Source: Elusimicrobiota bacterium (GTDB lineage Bacteria; Elusimicrobiota; Elusimicrobia; Elusimicrobiales; UBA9959). From it: a DNA stretch of 64,000 nucleotides. The notes beneath the pieces are model-generated. The model searched no databases and had not been told where the DNA came from. It saw only the letters and a list, made by a program, of their open reading frames with translations. Where the stretch lies: the NCBI GenBank assembly GCA_003450815.1, contig DMES01000077.1:97671-161670 (forward strand). The letters are read 5' to 3'. Position 1 is the stretch's first letter; every line of letters starts with the position of its first letter. The position numbers and the translations under genes were made by a program. Positions 49,437 to 57,735 of the stretch are shown piece after piece.

Positions 49437-51941
49437 ATGACCGAACACAAAGACAAGACACCTGTGAACCCTGAAAATCTTTTTATGAATATTGTGGACC
49501 GCGATATAAGCGAGGAGATGAAATCCTCCTATATTGAATATTCCATGAGCGTTATAGTGGGACGCGCTCTTCCAGATGTGCGCGACGGGTTAAAGCCCGT
49601 TCACCGCCGCGTGCTTTACACCATGGAAGACATGGGGCTTCAGCACAATAAGCCCTTTAAGAAGTCGGCCCGCATAGTCGGCGATGTGATGGGTAAATAC
49701 CATCCGCACGGCGACTCCGCCATTTACGACACGCTGGTCCGCATGGCGCAGGATTTTTCTCTTCGCTATCCGCTGGTTGACGGGCAGGGAAATTTCGGCT
49801 CGGTGGACGGCGATCCGGCGGCCGCCATGCGTTATACCGAGGCGCGGCTTTCTGGTATAGCCGGCGAGTTGCTTGCCGACATAGAAAAAGAAACGGTAAA
49901 ATTCACCCCCAACTACGACGGCTCGCTGACGGAGCCTTCTGTTCTGCCCGCTAAGCTCCCAAATCTGCTGATAAACGGCTCTTCCGGCATAGCGGTCGGC
50001 ATGGCCACCAATATTCCCACCCATAATCTTTTGGAAGTCTGCGACGCCACCATGGCCGTGATCGAAAACCCCGATATAGAGGTTAAGGAACTTTTGAAGA
50101 TAATAAAAGGCCCCGATTTCCCCACCGGCGGCATTATCCGCGGACGCAAGGGCATAAAGGATTATTTTGAAACAGGCCGCGGCTCCATAAAAACCCAGGC
50201 CCGCGCCGAAATAGAGGAACTGAAAGGCAACAGGGAAGCTATTATAATCACCGAGATCCCCTATCAGGTCAACAAGGCAAACCTCATAGAGTCCATCGCC
50301 AACCTGGTAAAAGAAAAAAAGATCCCGGATATTTCGGATATCCGCGACGAATCGGACCGCCGGGGAATGCGCATATATGTGGAAGTGAAGCGCGACGGCA
50401 ACGCCCAGGTGGTGTTAAACCAGCTTTACAAGCACACCCAGATGGAAACCTCCTTCGGGGTCATCATGCTAGCCATTGTGGATGGCAGGCCCCGCGTGCT
50501 TCCGCTTAAAGAAGTTATACGGCATTATATCAGGCACCGCCAGCTTATGGTGGTGAACCGCACCAAGTACGACCTGAACAAAGCGCTTCGCCGCGCGCAT
50601 ATCCTTGAAGGCTACCTGATAGCCCTCCAGAACATCGACGCCGTGGTGGCCATCATCAAGAAAGCGAAGGACGCCCTTGACGCAAAACAGAAATTAATGA
50701 GCCAGTTCGCCCTTTCGGACATACAGGCGCAGGCTATTCTTGACATGCGCCTGCACCAGCTCACCCGCCTTGAAGTGGGCGCCATTGAGGAAGAGCATAA
50801 AGCGCTTTTAAAGCTTATAGAAGAACTGCGCGCCATTCTCGGCGACCCCCAGAAAGTGCTGAAAATAATAATAGCCGAACTTAAAGAGATCAAGGAAAAA
50901 TACGGCGACAAGCGCAAAACCGACATAACCGGAGAGGCGGCCGAGCTGGATATTGAAGACCTTATCCCCGAGGAGAAAGTGGTCATCACGCTTTCGCACG
51001 GCGGCTATATCAAGCGCATCCCTTCCGACACCTACAAAGTGCAGGGCCGCGGAGGCAAAGGCATTATCGGCTCTGAGGTAAGAGAGGAAGACTTTATTGA
51101 AAAGCTCTTCGTCACCTCAAGCCACGCCACCATACTGATGTTTACCACGCGCGGCAAAGTGTACGCTCTCAAAGGCTACGAAATACCAGAGGGAAACCGC
51201 ACCTCGCGCGGCAAGGCCATAGTGAACCTATTGCAGGTAAAAGACGAAAAAGTGACCTCGGTTCTTGCAGTGGAGTCTTTTGATGAGGCCAAGGGTAAAG
51301 AAAACTATATTGTTATGTGCACCCGCACGGGAAACATTAAAAAAACCCCCATAAAAGACTTCGCGAATATCCGTAACTCCGGCATTATAGCCATAGGGCT
51401 TGAGGACGGAGACATTCTTACCAGCGTAGGACATACGGACGGCAGCTATGAAATTATAATAGGAACCAGGCAGGGCATGTCTATACGCTTCAATGAATCG
51501 GATGTGCGCTCTATGGGCCGCAACGCCATGGGTGTGCGCGGCATAAGGCTGGACAAGGAAGATATAGTAGTGGGAATGGAAGTGGCCGAGCCTAAGACAA
51601 AAAAAACCCTTCTAACGGTATGCGCCAACGGCTACGGCAAGCGCACCAAGCTGGATGAGTACCGCAACCAGCACCGTGGCGGTTCCGGAGTTATAACTAT
51701 AAAAGCCAACGAGCGCAACGGCGCCGGCCTAGGCATTTACCTGGTAGAAGATGACGACCACCTTATGGTGATGACCGAAAAAGGCAAGATTATCCGCATG
51801 CCCTGCAAGGACATACGCGCTATTTCCAGAAACACCCAGGGGGTGCGGCTGGTCCGGCTTGAAGAGGGTGATAAAATAGCCTCGGTCGAACCGGTAATAG
51901 ACGACGGAGAAGTGGAAATTCCGACCGAAGAAAAGAAGTAA
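49437..51941 (+). CDS. gyrA: DNA gyrase subunit A
   Basis: [28 protein letters not shown], the catalytic Tyr in AMRYTE, and C-terminal beta-pinwheel repeats. Confidence 0.95.
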   Translation: MTEHKDKTPVNPENLFMNIVDRDISEEMKSSYIEYSMSVIVGRALPDVRDGLKPVHRRVLYTMEDMGLQHNKPFKKSARIVGDVMGKYHPHGDSAIYDTLVRMAQDFSLRYPLVDGQGNFGSVDGDPAAAMRYTEARLSGIAGELLADIEKETVKFTPNYDGSLTEPSVLPAKLPNLLINGSSGIAVGMATNIPTHNLLEVCDATMAVIENPDIEVKELLKIIKGPDFPTGGIIRGRKGIKDYFETGRGSIKTQARAEIEELKGNREAIIITEIPYQVNKANLIESIANLVKEKKIPDISDIRDESDRRGMRIYVEVKRDGNAQVVLNQLYKHTQMETSFGVIMLAIVDGRPRVLPLKEVIRHYIRHRQLMVVNRTKYDLNKALRRAHILEGYLIALQNIDAVVAIIKKAKDALDAKQKLMSQFALSDIQAQAILDMRLHQLTRLEVGAIEEEHKALLKLIEELRAILGDPQKVLKIIIAELKEIKEKYGDKRKTDITGEAAELDIEDLIPEEKVVITLSHGGYIKRIPSDTYKVQGRGGKGIIGSEVREEDFIEKLFVTSSHATILMFTTRGKVYALKGYEIPEGNRTSRGKAIVNLLQVKDEKVTSVLAVESFDEAKGKENYIVMCTRTGNIKKTPIKDFANIRNSGIIAIGLEDGDILTSVGHTDGSYEIIIGTRQGMSIRFNESDVRSMGRNAMGVRGIRLDKEDIVVGMEVAEPKTKKTLLTVCANGYGKRTKLDEYRNQHRGGSGVITIKANERNGAGLGIYLVEDDDHLMVMTEKGKIIRMPCKDIRAISRNTQGVRLVRLEEGDKIASVEPVIDDGEVEIPTEEKK

Positions 51942-52005
51942 CCCGGAAATTGCCGCAATTTCCGGGTCCGGGTGAGAACCTGTCACTTCGGCTGTGTTCT
52001 AAGTT

Positions 52006-52041
52006 AAAAAAAAGCCGCCGGTTTCAAACCGGCGGCTTTTT
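52006..52041. terminator. Bidirectional rho-independent terminator between gyrA and the ACT gene
   Basis: The order is an A8 run, the stem agccgccggtt with loop tca and aaccggcggct (11 bp), then a T5 run. Confidence 0.75.
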
Positions 52042-52062
52042 AACTGCCACGCGCGCATTTTT

Positions 52063-52470
52063 TCAGCTTTCCAGTTCAGCCTTCAGCACTTCCATCGCCT
52101 TGTCGGAGTCGGAAACATTCAGCAGCAGCCGGGCCCTTGACCCGCCTGACGAGGTGCCGTAAACGGTGGTAATATTAATATCGTTTTTGCCAAGGATCTT
52201 CGTAAGGCGCAGAAGCTCTCCCGGATTATCCGGCAGCTCAAGCGCCAGCATGGAGGTTTCTATGGTGGTAAAACCGGCGTTCGTAAGCATATGGCTTACC
52301 TTCCGGTCCGCTTCCACTGCCACGCGCACTATACCGGAATCATCGCGTATCTCTGAGGCGATGCCTATTATGTTTACCCCTTCCTTAGCGAACAGCTCCA
52401 CAAACTTGCTTAAGGCGCCGGGGATATTGGGCAGAAACACGGTGTACTGGTTGACGGCTTTCATGGACAT
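52063..52470 (-). CDS. Tandem ACT-domain protein
   Basis: VFLPNIPGALSKFVELFAKEGVNIIGI and LELPDNPGELLRLTKILGKNDINI are two ACT motifs. The start was placed at MSMKAV (52470) because the upstream ORF extension is repeat DNA. Confidence 0.7.
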   Translation of the reverse strand: MSMKAVNQYTVFLPNIPGALSKFVELFAKEGVNIIGIASEIRDDSGIVRVAVEADRKVSHMLTNAGFTTIETSMLALELPDNPGELLRLTKILGKNDINITTVYGTSSGGSRARLLLNVSDSDKAMEVLKAELES

Positions 52471-52484
52471 AAATTTGAGTTCTC

Positions 52485-52601
52485 CTGATACGGCACAGCC
52501 ATAGGCTAGGCCGTCTGATGGGCATAGCCCCTGATACGGCACAGCCATAGGCTAGGCCGTCTAATGAGCATAGCTCCCGATACGGCACAGCCATAGGCTA
52601 G
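52485..52601. repeat. Tandem array (about 2.5 units) of a 46-nt twin-hairpin repeat
   Basis: The unit is ctgatacggcacAGCCataGGCTaggccgtctgatGGGCataGCCC. Units lie at 52485-52530, 52531-52577 and 52578-52601 (partial). Confidence 0.8.
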
Positions 52602-52659
52602 TAAATTTTCCATGTGGTAGGCAATAAAAATTGAGATAATATAGAATCGGATGTGATTT

Positions 52660-53262
52660 ATGGAAAACCCTGAAGCTGAAAAAGCGCTCCCCGCGCAAGC
52701 GGCGAGTGCTGGTGAACTCGGGTCCGGCGTAAACAAAAGCAGGCTTGTAACTGTAGCGGGAGTTGCGGCCATTTTGATAGGCGGCTTCCTAAGCATATCA
52801 TTTGCCCGTGCCAATTTCACTCTTGTTTCCATGTTTTCCTCCCCCTCCTTCCAGCTTTCTATGTCGCGCGCCACCGTGCCGGTGGGGATGCCGCCGGCGG
52901 CTGTTTTTCTTGTTGCTCATCCCCGCGGTTTTTTCTTTTTTTCACTGATACTGTGGCTTTCCATCACGGTGTTGGGTTTTGGTATTTTGCGGCGCAGGAA
53001 ATGGGCGCGCGGCGGTTTTAACGCTGTTTTGTACCTAGGCGCTGCGGTTTTGTTTCTCCTCTTCCTGTTCCCGGCGCTGGTGGTGCCGAAGCCCTTTTAC
53101 TATCAGGGGGTATCGCTTGCGCCTGAATTCAACTCAGCCGTTAAAACCGCCAGATTATGTCTTCAGTCTTTCTGCGGAGTAGGGACGGCGCTTTTTTTAT
53201 GGCTGGCCAGGAAATTTGAAACCCAGGCAATAAGAAACGAATTTAATCCAAAAAACCATTAA
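52660..53262 (+). CDS. Hypothetical polytopic membrane protein
   Basis: 200 aa with four or five hydrophobic helices. No family recognised. Confidence 0.5.
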   Translation: MENPEAEKALPAQAASAGELGSGVNKSRLVTVAGVAAILIGGFLSISFARANFTLVSMFSSPSFQLSMSRATVPVGMPPAAVFLVAHPRGFFFFSLILWLSITVLGFGILRRRKWARGGFNAVLYLGAAVLFLLFLFPALVVPKPFYYQGVSLAPEFNSAVKTARLCLQSFCGVGTALFLWLARKFETQAIRNEFNPKNH

Positions 53263-53663
53263 GAACTGGCTTTTTGGGGTCTAGCAACCGAACAATCCGG
53301 CTATTATACCCCAACCCTATGGCACATTGAACGGCGCCTCCATATATAATAAAATCATAATACAAGGGCATCTTCGCCCATTTTGTGGCGTTGTCGGTCC
53401 TTTCAGCTTTGCAATATTGATTCCGGCGCGGTAAATATTTGGCGATCCTGTCAGTTGTTTTTGTAGTAGCAAAGCTTGCTTTGCCTCTTCTGCGGGCAGA
53501 GTAAGATCAGTCGCGGACAAGGCCAGTGGAAACCGCAAGGCGGTTTCCACTCAGCTGTTGGGAAAGGGTGGGGTAAGTGTCACTGTTGCTGCACACAGAA
53601 CGAAGGTAACGGTGAAAGATACACGAGTGCACCGAATAGTGATCAGTGGCAGTGAGGCAAACC
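53263..53663. other. Unassigned 400-nt non-coding region with several stable hairpins upstream of nifU (possible leader or ncRNA)
   Basis: There is no convincing ORF. A 12-bp perfect hairpin agtggaaaccgc-aag-gcggtttccact lies at about 53543-53569, gcaaag-cttg-ctttgc lies at about 53470-53485, and cggtg...caccg lies near 53602-53625. Confidence 0.25.
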
Positions 53664-54497
53664 ATGTGGAATTATACCGAAAAGGTCTATGAATACTTCA
53701 AAAACCCACGCAATGTGGGCGAGGTGGAAAACCCCGACGCCGTGGGCGAGGTGGGCAGCATAATCTGCGGCGACGCCCTAAAGCTCACACTGAAAGTGGA
53801 AAAAGGCACCGAAAAAATACTGGACGCCAAATTTAAGACCTTCGGCTGTGCCAGCGCCATAGCCTCTTCCTCTGCCCTTACCGAGATGATAAAGGGCATA
53901 ACCCTTGCTGACGCCTCAAAAATAACCAACCAGCAGATAGCCGAATTTCTTGGCGGGCTGCCAAGCGAAAAAATGCACTGTTCCGTAATGGGCATGGAGG
54001 CTCTGGAAGCCGCCATAAAAAGCTATAAAGGCGGCAAGCAGGACAAGGTTATTATAGGCGCGGGAGAACGCATTGTCTGCAAATGCTTCAGCGTTACCGA
54101 AGCCAAGATTTTAAAGGCCATAAAAGAGAATAAGCTGCATACCGTTGAGGAAGTCACTAATTTCACCAAAGCCGGCGGCGGCTGCCGCCAATGCGTGGGC
54201 GAGATAGAAAAAATAATAAAAGACTACTGGGCCGAAGCCGAACATAAGAGCTTTGAAAAAATGACTGTGGTGGAAAAGATTAAAATGCTGGAAAAAGTTC
54301 TGGCTGAGGATATAAACCCGAAGCTTAAAGCCGACGGCGGCTGGATAGAGCTGGTGGATGTGCGCGGCAAAACGGTCGTGCTGCGGTTCCTCGGCATGTG
54401 TGTCGGCTGCCCGTCCTCTTCGGCCACGCTCAAAAATGTGGTGGAAAAAGAATTCAGGGAAAGAATAGACCCAACGCTGGAAGTCGAAGCGCAATAG
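53664..54497 (+). CDS. nifU: NifU-type Fe-S cluster scaffold (IscU-like N-terminus, BFD-like middle, Nfu-like C-terminus)
   Basis: FKNPRNVGEV...GSIICGDALKL, FGCASAIASSS, CKCFSVTE...GGGCRQC, and C-terminal GMCVGCPSSSATLK. Confidence 0.9.
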   Translation: MWNYTEKVYEYFKNPRNVGEVENPDAVGEVGSIICGDALKLTLKVEKGTEKILDAKFKTFGCASAIASSSALTEMIKGITLADASKITNQQIAEFLGGLPSEKMHCSVMGMEALEAAIKSYKGGKQDKVIIGAGERIVCKCFSVTEAKILKAIKENKLHTVEEVTNFTKAGGGCRQCVGEIEKIIKDYWAEAEHKSFEKMTVVEKIKMLEKVLAEDINPKLKADGGWIELVDVRGKTVVLRFLGMCVGCPSSSATLKNVVEKEFRERIDPTLEVEAQ

Positions 54498-54504
54498 CGC
54501 TTCG

Positions 54505-54690
54505 ATTGCTATAAGCCATAAGCCCAAGTCGTCATTCCGGCGCAAGCCGGAATCCAGGAATATCGACGACACTGGACCCCGGCTTGCGCCGGGGTGACAG
54601 CAAGAGTTTCACCAACGATGAAAAATGCTTCTACGAGACCTCCGCCTTACGTTTTGGACTATGGCTTAAGGCATACGACATATGCCAGAA
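54505..54690. repeat. Composite word-palindrome element (ATAAGCC words) with nested GC hairpins between nifU and nifS
   Basis: The outer arms are ctataagccataagcccaagtc and ttggactatggcttaaggcat. The inner 27-nt units at 54531-54557 and 54572-54598 are reverse complements of each other. The core-like caagagtttcacc lies at 54601. Confidence 0.6.
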
Positions 54691-54712
54691 GATAGAGACG
54701 ATAAATAATCTT

Positions 54713-55921
54713 ATGGAAAACGAAAAAGTGATCTACTTCGACAACAACGCTACCAGCCGCACCGCGCCTGAAGTGACCGAAGAAATGCTGCCCTTCTTCG
54801 GCGAGTTTTACGGCAACCCTTCAAGTATGCACTTTTTCGGCGGCGGGGTACAGAAGCCCCTTGACCTGGCCCGCGCTCGGGTGGCCGCCCTTCTGGGCGC
54901 AATGCCTGAGGAAATAATTTTCACCAGCTGCGGTACTGAATCCGACTCCACCGCTCTTTGGTCCGCCGCCCGCGCCTTCCCGGATAGAAAACATATTATC
55001 ATCACAAAAGTTGAGCATCCCGCGGTAACGAACACCGCAAAATTCCTGGAGAGCCAGGGCTGGCGCGTCACACACCTTCAGGTGGACGGCGACGGCAGGT
55101 TGAATTTAGAAGATTTAAAAGCCGCCCTTACCCCAGACACAGCTTTGGTTTCCATGATGTGGGCAAACAACGAAACCGGCGTAATCTTCCCGGTTGAAGA
55201 AGCGGCGCGCATAACACACGCGAAGGGCGCAATGTTTCATACCGACGCCGTTCAGGCTGCCGGCAAACTGCCCATAAGCCTTAAAGACGCTAAAATTGAC
55301 ATGCTTTCCATTTCGGGGCACAAATTACACGCCCCAAAGGGCATAGGCGCGTTTTACCTCAAAAAGGGCTCGCGGTTTATGCCGTTCATGATGGGTGGCC
55401 ATCAGGAAAGCGGGCGTCGGGCCGGCACCGAAAATGTGCCGTATATAATCGGGCTCGGCAAGGCGGCTGAACTTGCGGCCTTGAACCTTGAGAAAGAAAA
55501 TACCCATGTAAAAGGTCTGCGCGACCGTCTGGAGCAGGGGCTTTCCAAAGCCATAAAAAACACCAGGATAAACGGCCTCGGGGCCGAGCGCCTGCCTAAT
55601 ACTGTAAATATCAGTTTTGAATATGTGGAAGGAGAATCAATTTTAATCATGCTGAGCGAAAAAGGCATTTGTGCCTCATCTGGCTCAGCCTGCACCTCCG
55701 GCTCGCTTGAGCCGTCGCATGTTATCCGGTCCATGGGTGTGCCGCAGACCTATGCCCAGGGCTCAATAAGATTCTCGCTCAGCGTTTATAATACCGTTGA
55801 TGAAGTGGATTATGTGATTAAGGAGTTGCCGCCAATAATAGAGCGCCTGCGCGTCATCTCGCCTTTTGCGGAAGATAAGCCACTGTTCGGTATGGACGCC
55901 TGCCAAATGCACAATCACTAA
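54713..55921 (+). CDS. nifS: Cysteine desulfurase NifS
   Basis: IYFDNNATS, SCGTESD, the SISGHKLHAPKGIGA PLP-Lys motif and the SSGSACTSGS active-site Cys loop. The start is at MENEK (54713); the longer ORF covers the hairpin element. Confidence 0.9.
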   Translation: MENEKVIYFDNNATSRTAPEVTEEMLPFFGEFYGNPSSMHFFGGGVQKPLDLARARVAALLGAMPEEIIFTSCGTESDSTALWSAARAFPDRKHIIITKVEHPAVTNTAKFLESQGWRVTHLQVDGDGRLNLEDLKAALTPDTALVSMMWANNETGVIFPVEEAARITHAKGAMFHTDAVQAAGKLPISLKDAKIDMLSISGHKLHAPKGIGAFYLKKGSRFMPFMMGGHQESGRRAGTENVPYIIGLGKAAELAALNLEKENTHVKGLRDRLEQGLSKAIKNTRINGLGAERLPNTVNISFEYVEGESILIMLSEKGICASSGSACTSGSLEPSHVIRSMGVPQTYAQGSIRFSLSVYNTVDEVDYVIKELPPIIERLRVISPFAEDKPLFGMDACQMHNH

Positions 55922-55939
55922 GGCCCCACGCTAATAACT

Positions 55940-56230
55940 ATGCGTCTTTCACGAATTGAAGCCAATGCGCTGAAAAGTTCCCTTGCAGGGTTCAAAGGGG
56001 AAATATTTGTATTTGGTTCCAGGATTGATAATGCTAAAAAAGGCGGCGATATTGATCTGCTTCTAAAGCCTTACGTCAAAACCGATGCTTTAAACCTTTC
56101 CTTAAAAGTTAAAGCCGGTTTTTTTGCTCTATGCGAAGAAGATCTGGATGTTATAGTCTATAAAAAGGGAGATCTTTTCTGCGAGGAGGCCATTAAAAAT
56201 GCAAAAAGAATTTACCCTGAAAAACTTTAG
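55940..56230 (+). CDS. Minimal nucleotidyltransferase (MNT-type antitoxin candidate)
   Basis: FVFGSRIDNAKKGGDIDLLL matches the GS-x(n)-DxD NTase motif. 96 aa. Confidence 0.75.
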   Translation: MRLSRIEANALKSSLAGFKGEIFVFGSRIDNAKKGGDIDLLLKPYVKTDALNLSLKVKAGFFALCEEDLDVIVYKKGDLFCEEAIKNAKRIYPEKL

Positions 56231-56630
56231 AGACTTTAAAAAGGCGGTATCACTGCTTGCCGGTTCGGTTAAAAAATACAAGCCCTATAATCCCAAAACG
56301 CAATATACCCCAAAACAAATGGAGTATTACGATGCGCTTTCTTTCCGCTATGAGAAGACCGTAGAGGTTGCCCTATATTTTTTCAGGAGCCTGGAAAGTT
56401 ATTTATATTCCGCCGAGTCCGACACCCTTCGAAACCGTCTTTTGACAATGGAAAAACTCGGTATAATTTGTTCAGCGGAAAAATGGCTTGAGGTGCGGCT
56501 ATTACGGAACAGGGTCGCGCACGCGTATCTGCCGGCCGAGTTAAAAGCAATTTACGCTAAAATAGTTAAGTTTTCCACTTATATCCTGGCAGATTTTCCC
56601 CATGCGGAGGAGTATGTCAATAAACCATAA
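56199..56630 (+). CDS. HEPN-like nucleotidyltransferase substrate-binding protein (HI0074-like toxin candidate)
   Basis: RLLRNRVAHAY is an R-x4-H HEPN motif followed by Tyr. It overlaps the MNT gene by 32 nt. Confidence 0.7.
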   Translation: MQKEFTLKNFRDFKKAVSLLAGSVKKYKPYNPKTQYTPKQMEYYDALSFRYEKTVEVALYFFRSLESYLYSAESDTLRNRLLTMEKLGIICSAEKWLEVRLLRNRVAHAYLPAELKAIYAKIVKFSTYILADFPHAEEYVNKP

Positions 56631-56664
56631 GCGGTAAATTTTTTAATCAATACCGCCGGCTTCG

Positions 56665-56924
56665 CTCTGGGAAATTATAATCAACGCGATCGTCCATCGG
56701 GATTATTTCTTTGCCTGACTGCTCCGGGGTGGCTACATCAAAGTTCCCAGAAAATTATTGATATTATACGCAACCGGGGCAATGTTACAATATCGGAATT
56801 GTCCGATAGTTTGGGTATAACAGACCGAGCGATAAAAAAACAGTTAAGAGCCTTAAAGGCGCAAGGGCTTATTAAACGCATAGGCCCCGACAAAGGCGGG
56901 CATTGGGAGGTGCTATCCCAATGA
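56665..56924 (+). pseudogene. Decayed paralogue of the 57736-59097 gene (internal deletion plus frameshift)
   Basis: LWEIIINAIVHRDYFFA* (56665-56718) aligns to LREIIINAIVHRDYSCS. A second frame gives ...ISELSDSLGITDRAIKKQLRALKAQGLIKRIGPDKGGHWEVLSQ*, which aligns to the C-terminal HTH ending RIGPDKGGHWKVLSQ*. Confidence 0.65.
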
Positions 56925-57013
56925 ACATGCTTGGCCAAAATGGGGAACCGGCTTCCCCCACTTGTAACCATGGGTGTAATTATATACACTCATAGGTGTA
57001 GGGGAGTGGATTG

Positions 57014-57562
57014 ATGATGCTTTTTAAATCCAAAATTGCGCAAAAAGTTCTTGGGTATTTTTTCCTCAACCCCGAGGAACAGCTTTATATCAATGAGATA
57101 GCCAAAAATCTCCAGCTTGATAAGCGTAATCTGGTTAAAAAACTGAAGGAATTTGAAAAAGACGGGTTGCTGAAAAAAACCGCCCGGGGGAACATGAAAC
57201 TGTATTCAATAAATGATAAGTATCCGCTTTACAATGAATACAGAAAAATTATACTGGCAACCGCAGGAGCAGAGTATTCGCTAAGGAAAATACTTGCCGT
57301 GTTTCCGGATATTTCAGAGGCGTATATCTACGGTTCTTATGCGCGCGACACTATGGATGCGCACAGCGATATTGATCTTTTAGTGGTTGGTGGCCACAGC
57401 GTACTGGCGTTGCAGTGCAAACTGACGGCGCTTCAGAAGACTCTTGGCAGAGAGATCAACGCTGTTAATATGGACACCAAAGAGTTCAAAGAGAAGAAGG
57501 AAAGCGGCGATCCGTTTATAGTTGGCATTTTAAACAGTAAAAAGCTGAGGGTGTATCCTTGA
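57014..57562 (+). CDS. Winged-helix HTH fused to a nucleotidyltransferase domain
   Basis: The N-terminus has LYINEIAKNLQLDKRNLVKKLKEFEKDGLL (wHTH). The C-terminus has YIYGSYARDTMDAHSDIDLLVV (GS...DxD). GGAG lies 7 nt upstream of the ATG at 57014. Confidence 0.7.
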   Translation: MMLFKSKIAQKVLGYFFLNPEEQLYINEIAKNLQLDKRNLVKKLKEFEKDGLLKKTARGNMKLYSINDKYPLYNEYRKIILATAGAEYSLRKILAVFPDISEAYIYGSYARDTMDAHSDIDLLVVGGHSVLALQCKLTALQKTLGREINAVNMDTKEFKEKKESGDPFIVGILNSKKLRVYP

Positions 57563-57735
57563 ACAATAAGTACTTCGTGGATTTTGCCTTTACCCCGGAA
57601 CAGGTGCAAAAAAACCTGCAAAATGTCATGCGGGATTTGGGGATTGCGCGGGAAGACGCGATTCTTAAAAGTAAGTGACAAAAGAAGGGGGCCGGCTTAG
57701 GCTGTTCGGCGGCCCAGCCGCCTGGCAGTTTGCTT

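Noticed and set aside
52485-52601. The tandem 46-nt repeats considered as a possible CRISPR array
   Set aside because: The units are contiguous with no unique spacers, only about 2.5 copies are present, and no cas genes lie nearby.
52471-52874. ORFs 52063-52548 (extension), 52385-52594 and 52506-52874, which encode the recurring peptide AVPY..LC..DGLAYGCAVSG
   Set aside because: The recurring peptide is just the translation of the 46-nt tandem DNA repeat. The real ACT-domain gene has its own start at 52470.
53317-53550. 77-aa minus-strand ORF in the nifU upstream region
   Set aside because: It has no RBS, and its start codon lies inside a perfect 12-bp hairpin. The composition is unremarkable and no motif was recognised.
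53560-53663. Resemblance of GGTAACGGTGAAAG...GCACCG...GTGGCAGTGAGGCAAACC to the P10-P12 region of bacterial RNase P RNA
   Set aside because: The universally conserved GAGGAAAGUCC and ACAGAAnnCGGCUUA elements are absent. The segment also runs directly into the well-supported nifU coding sequence, leaving no room for the 3' half of rnpB.
54584-54712. 43-codon N-terminal extension of nifS (ORF-track start at 54584)
   Set aside because: It starts inside the second nested GC hairpin (unit B, 54572-54598) and runs through the core and 3' arm of the composite element. Canonical NifS begins at MENEKVIYFDNNATS.
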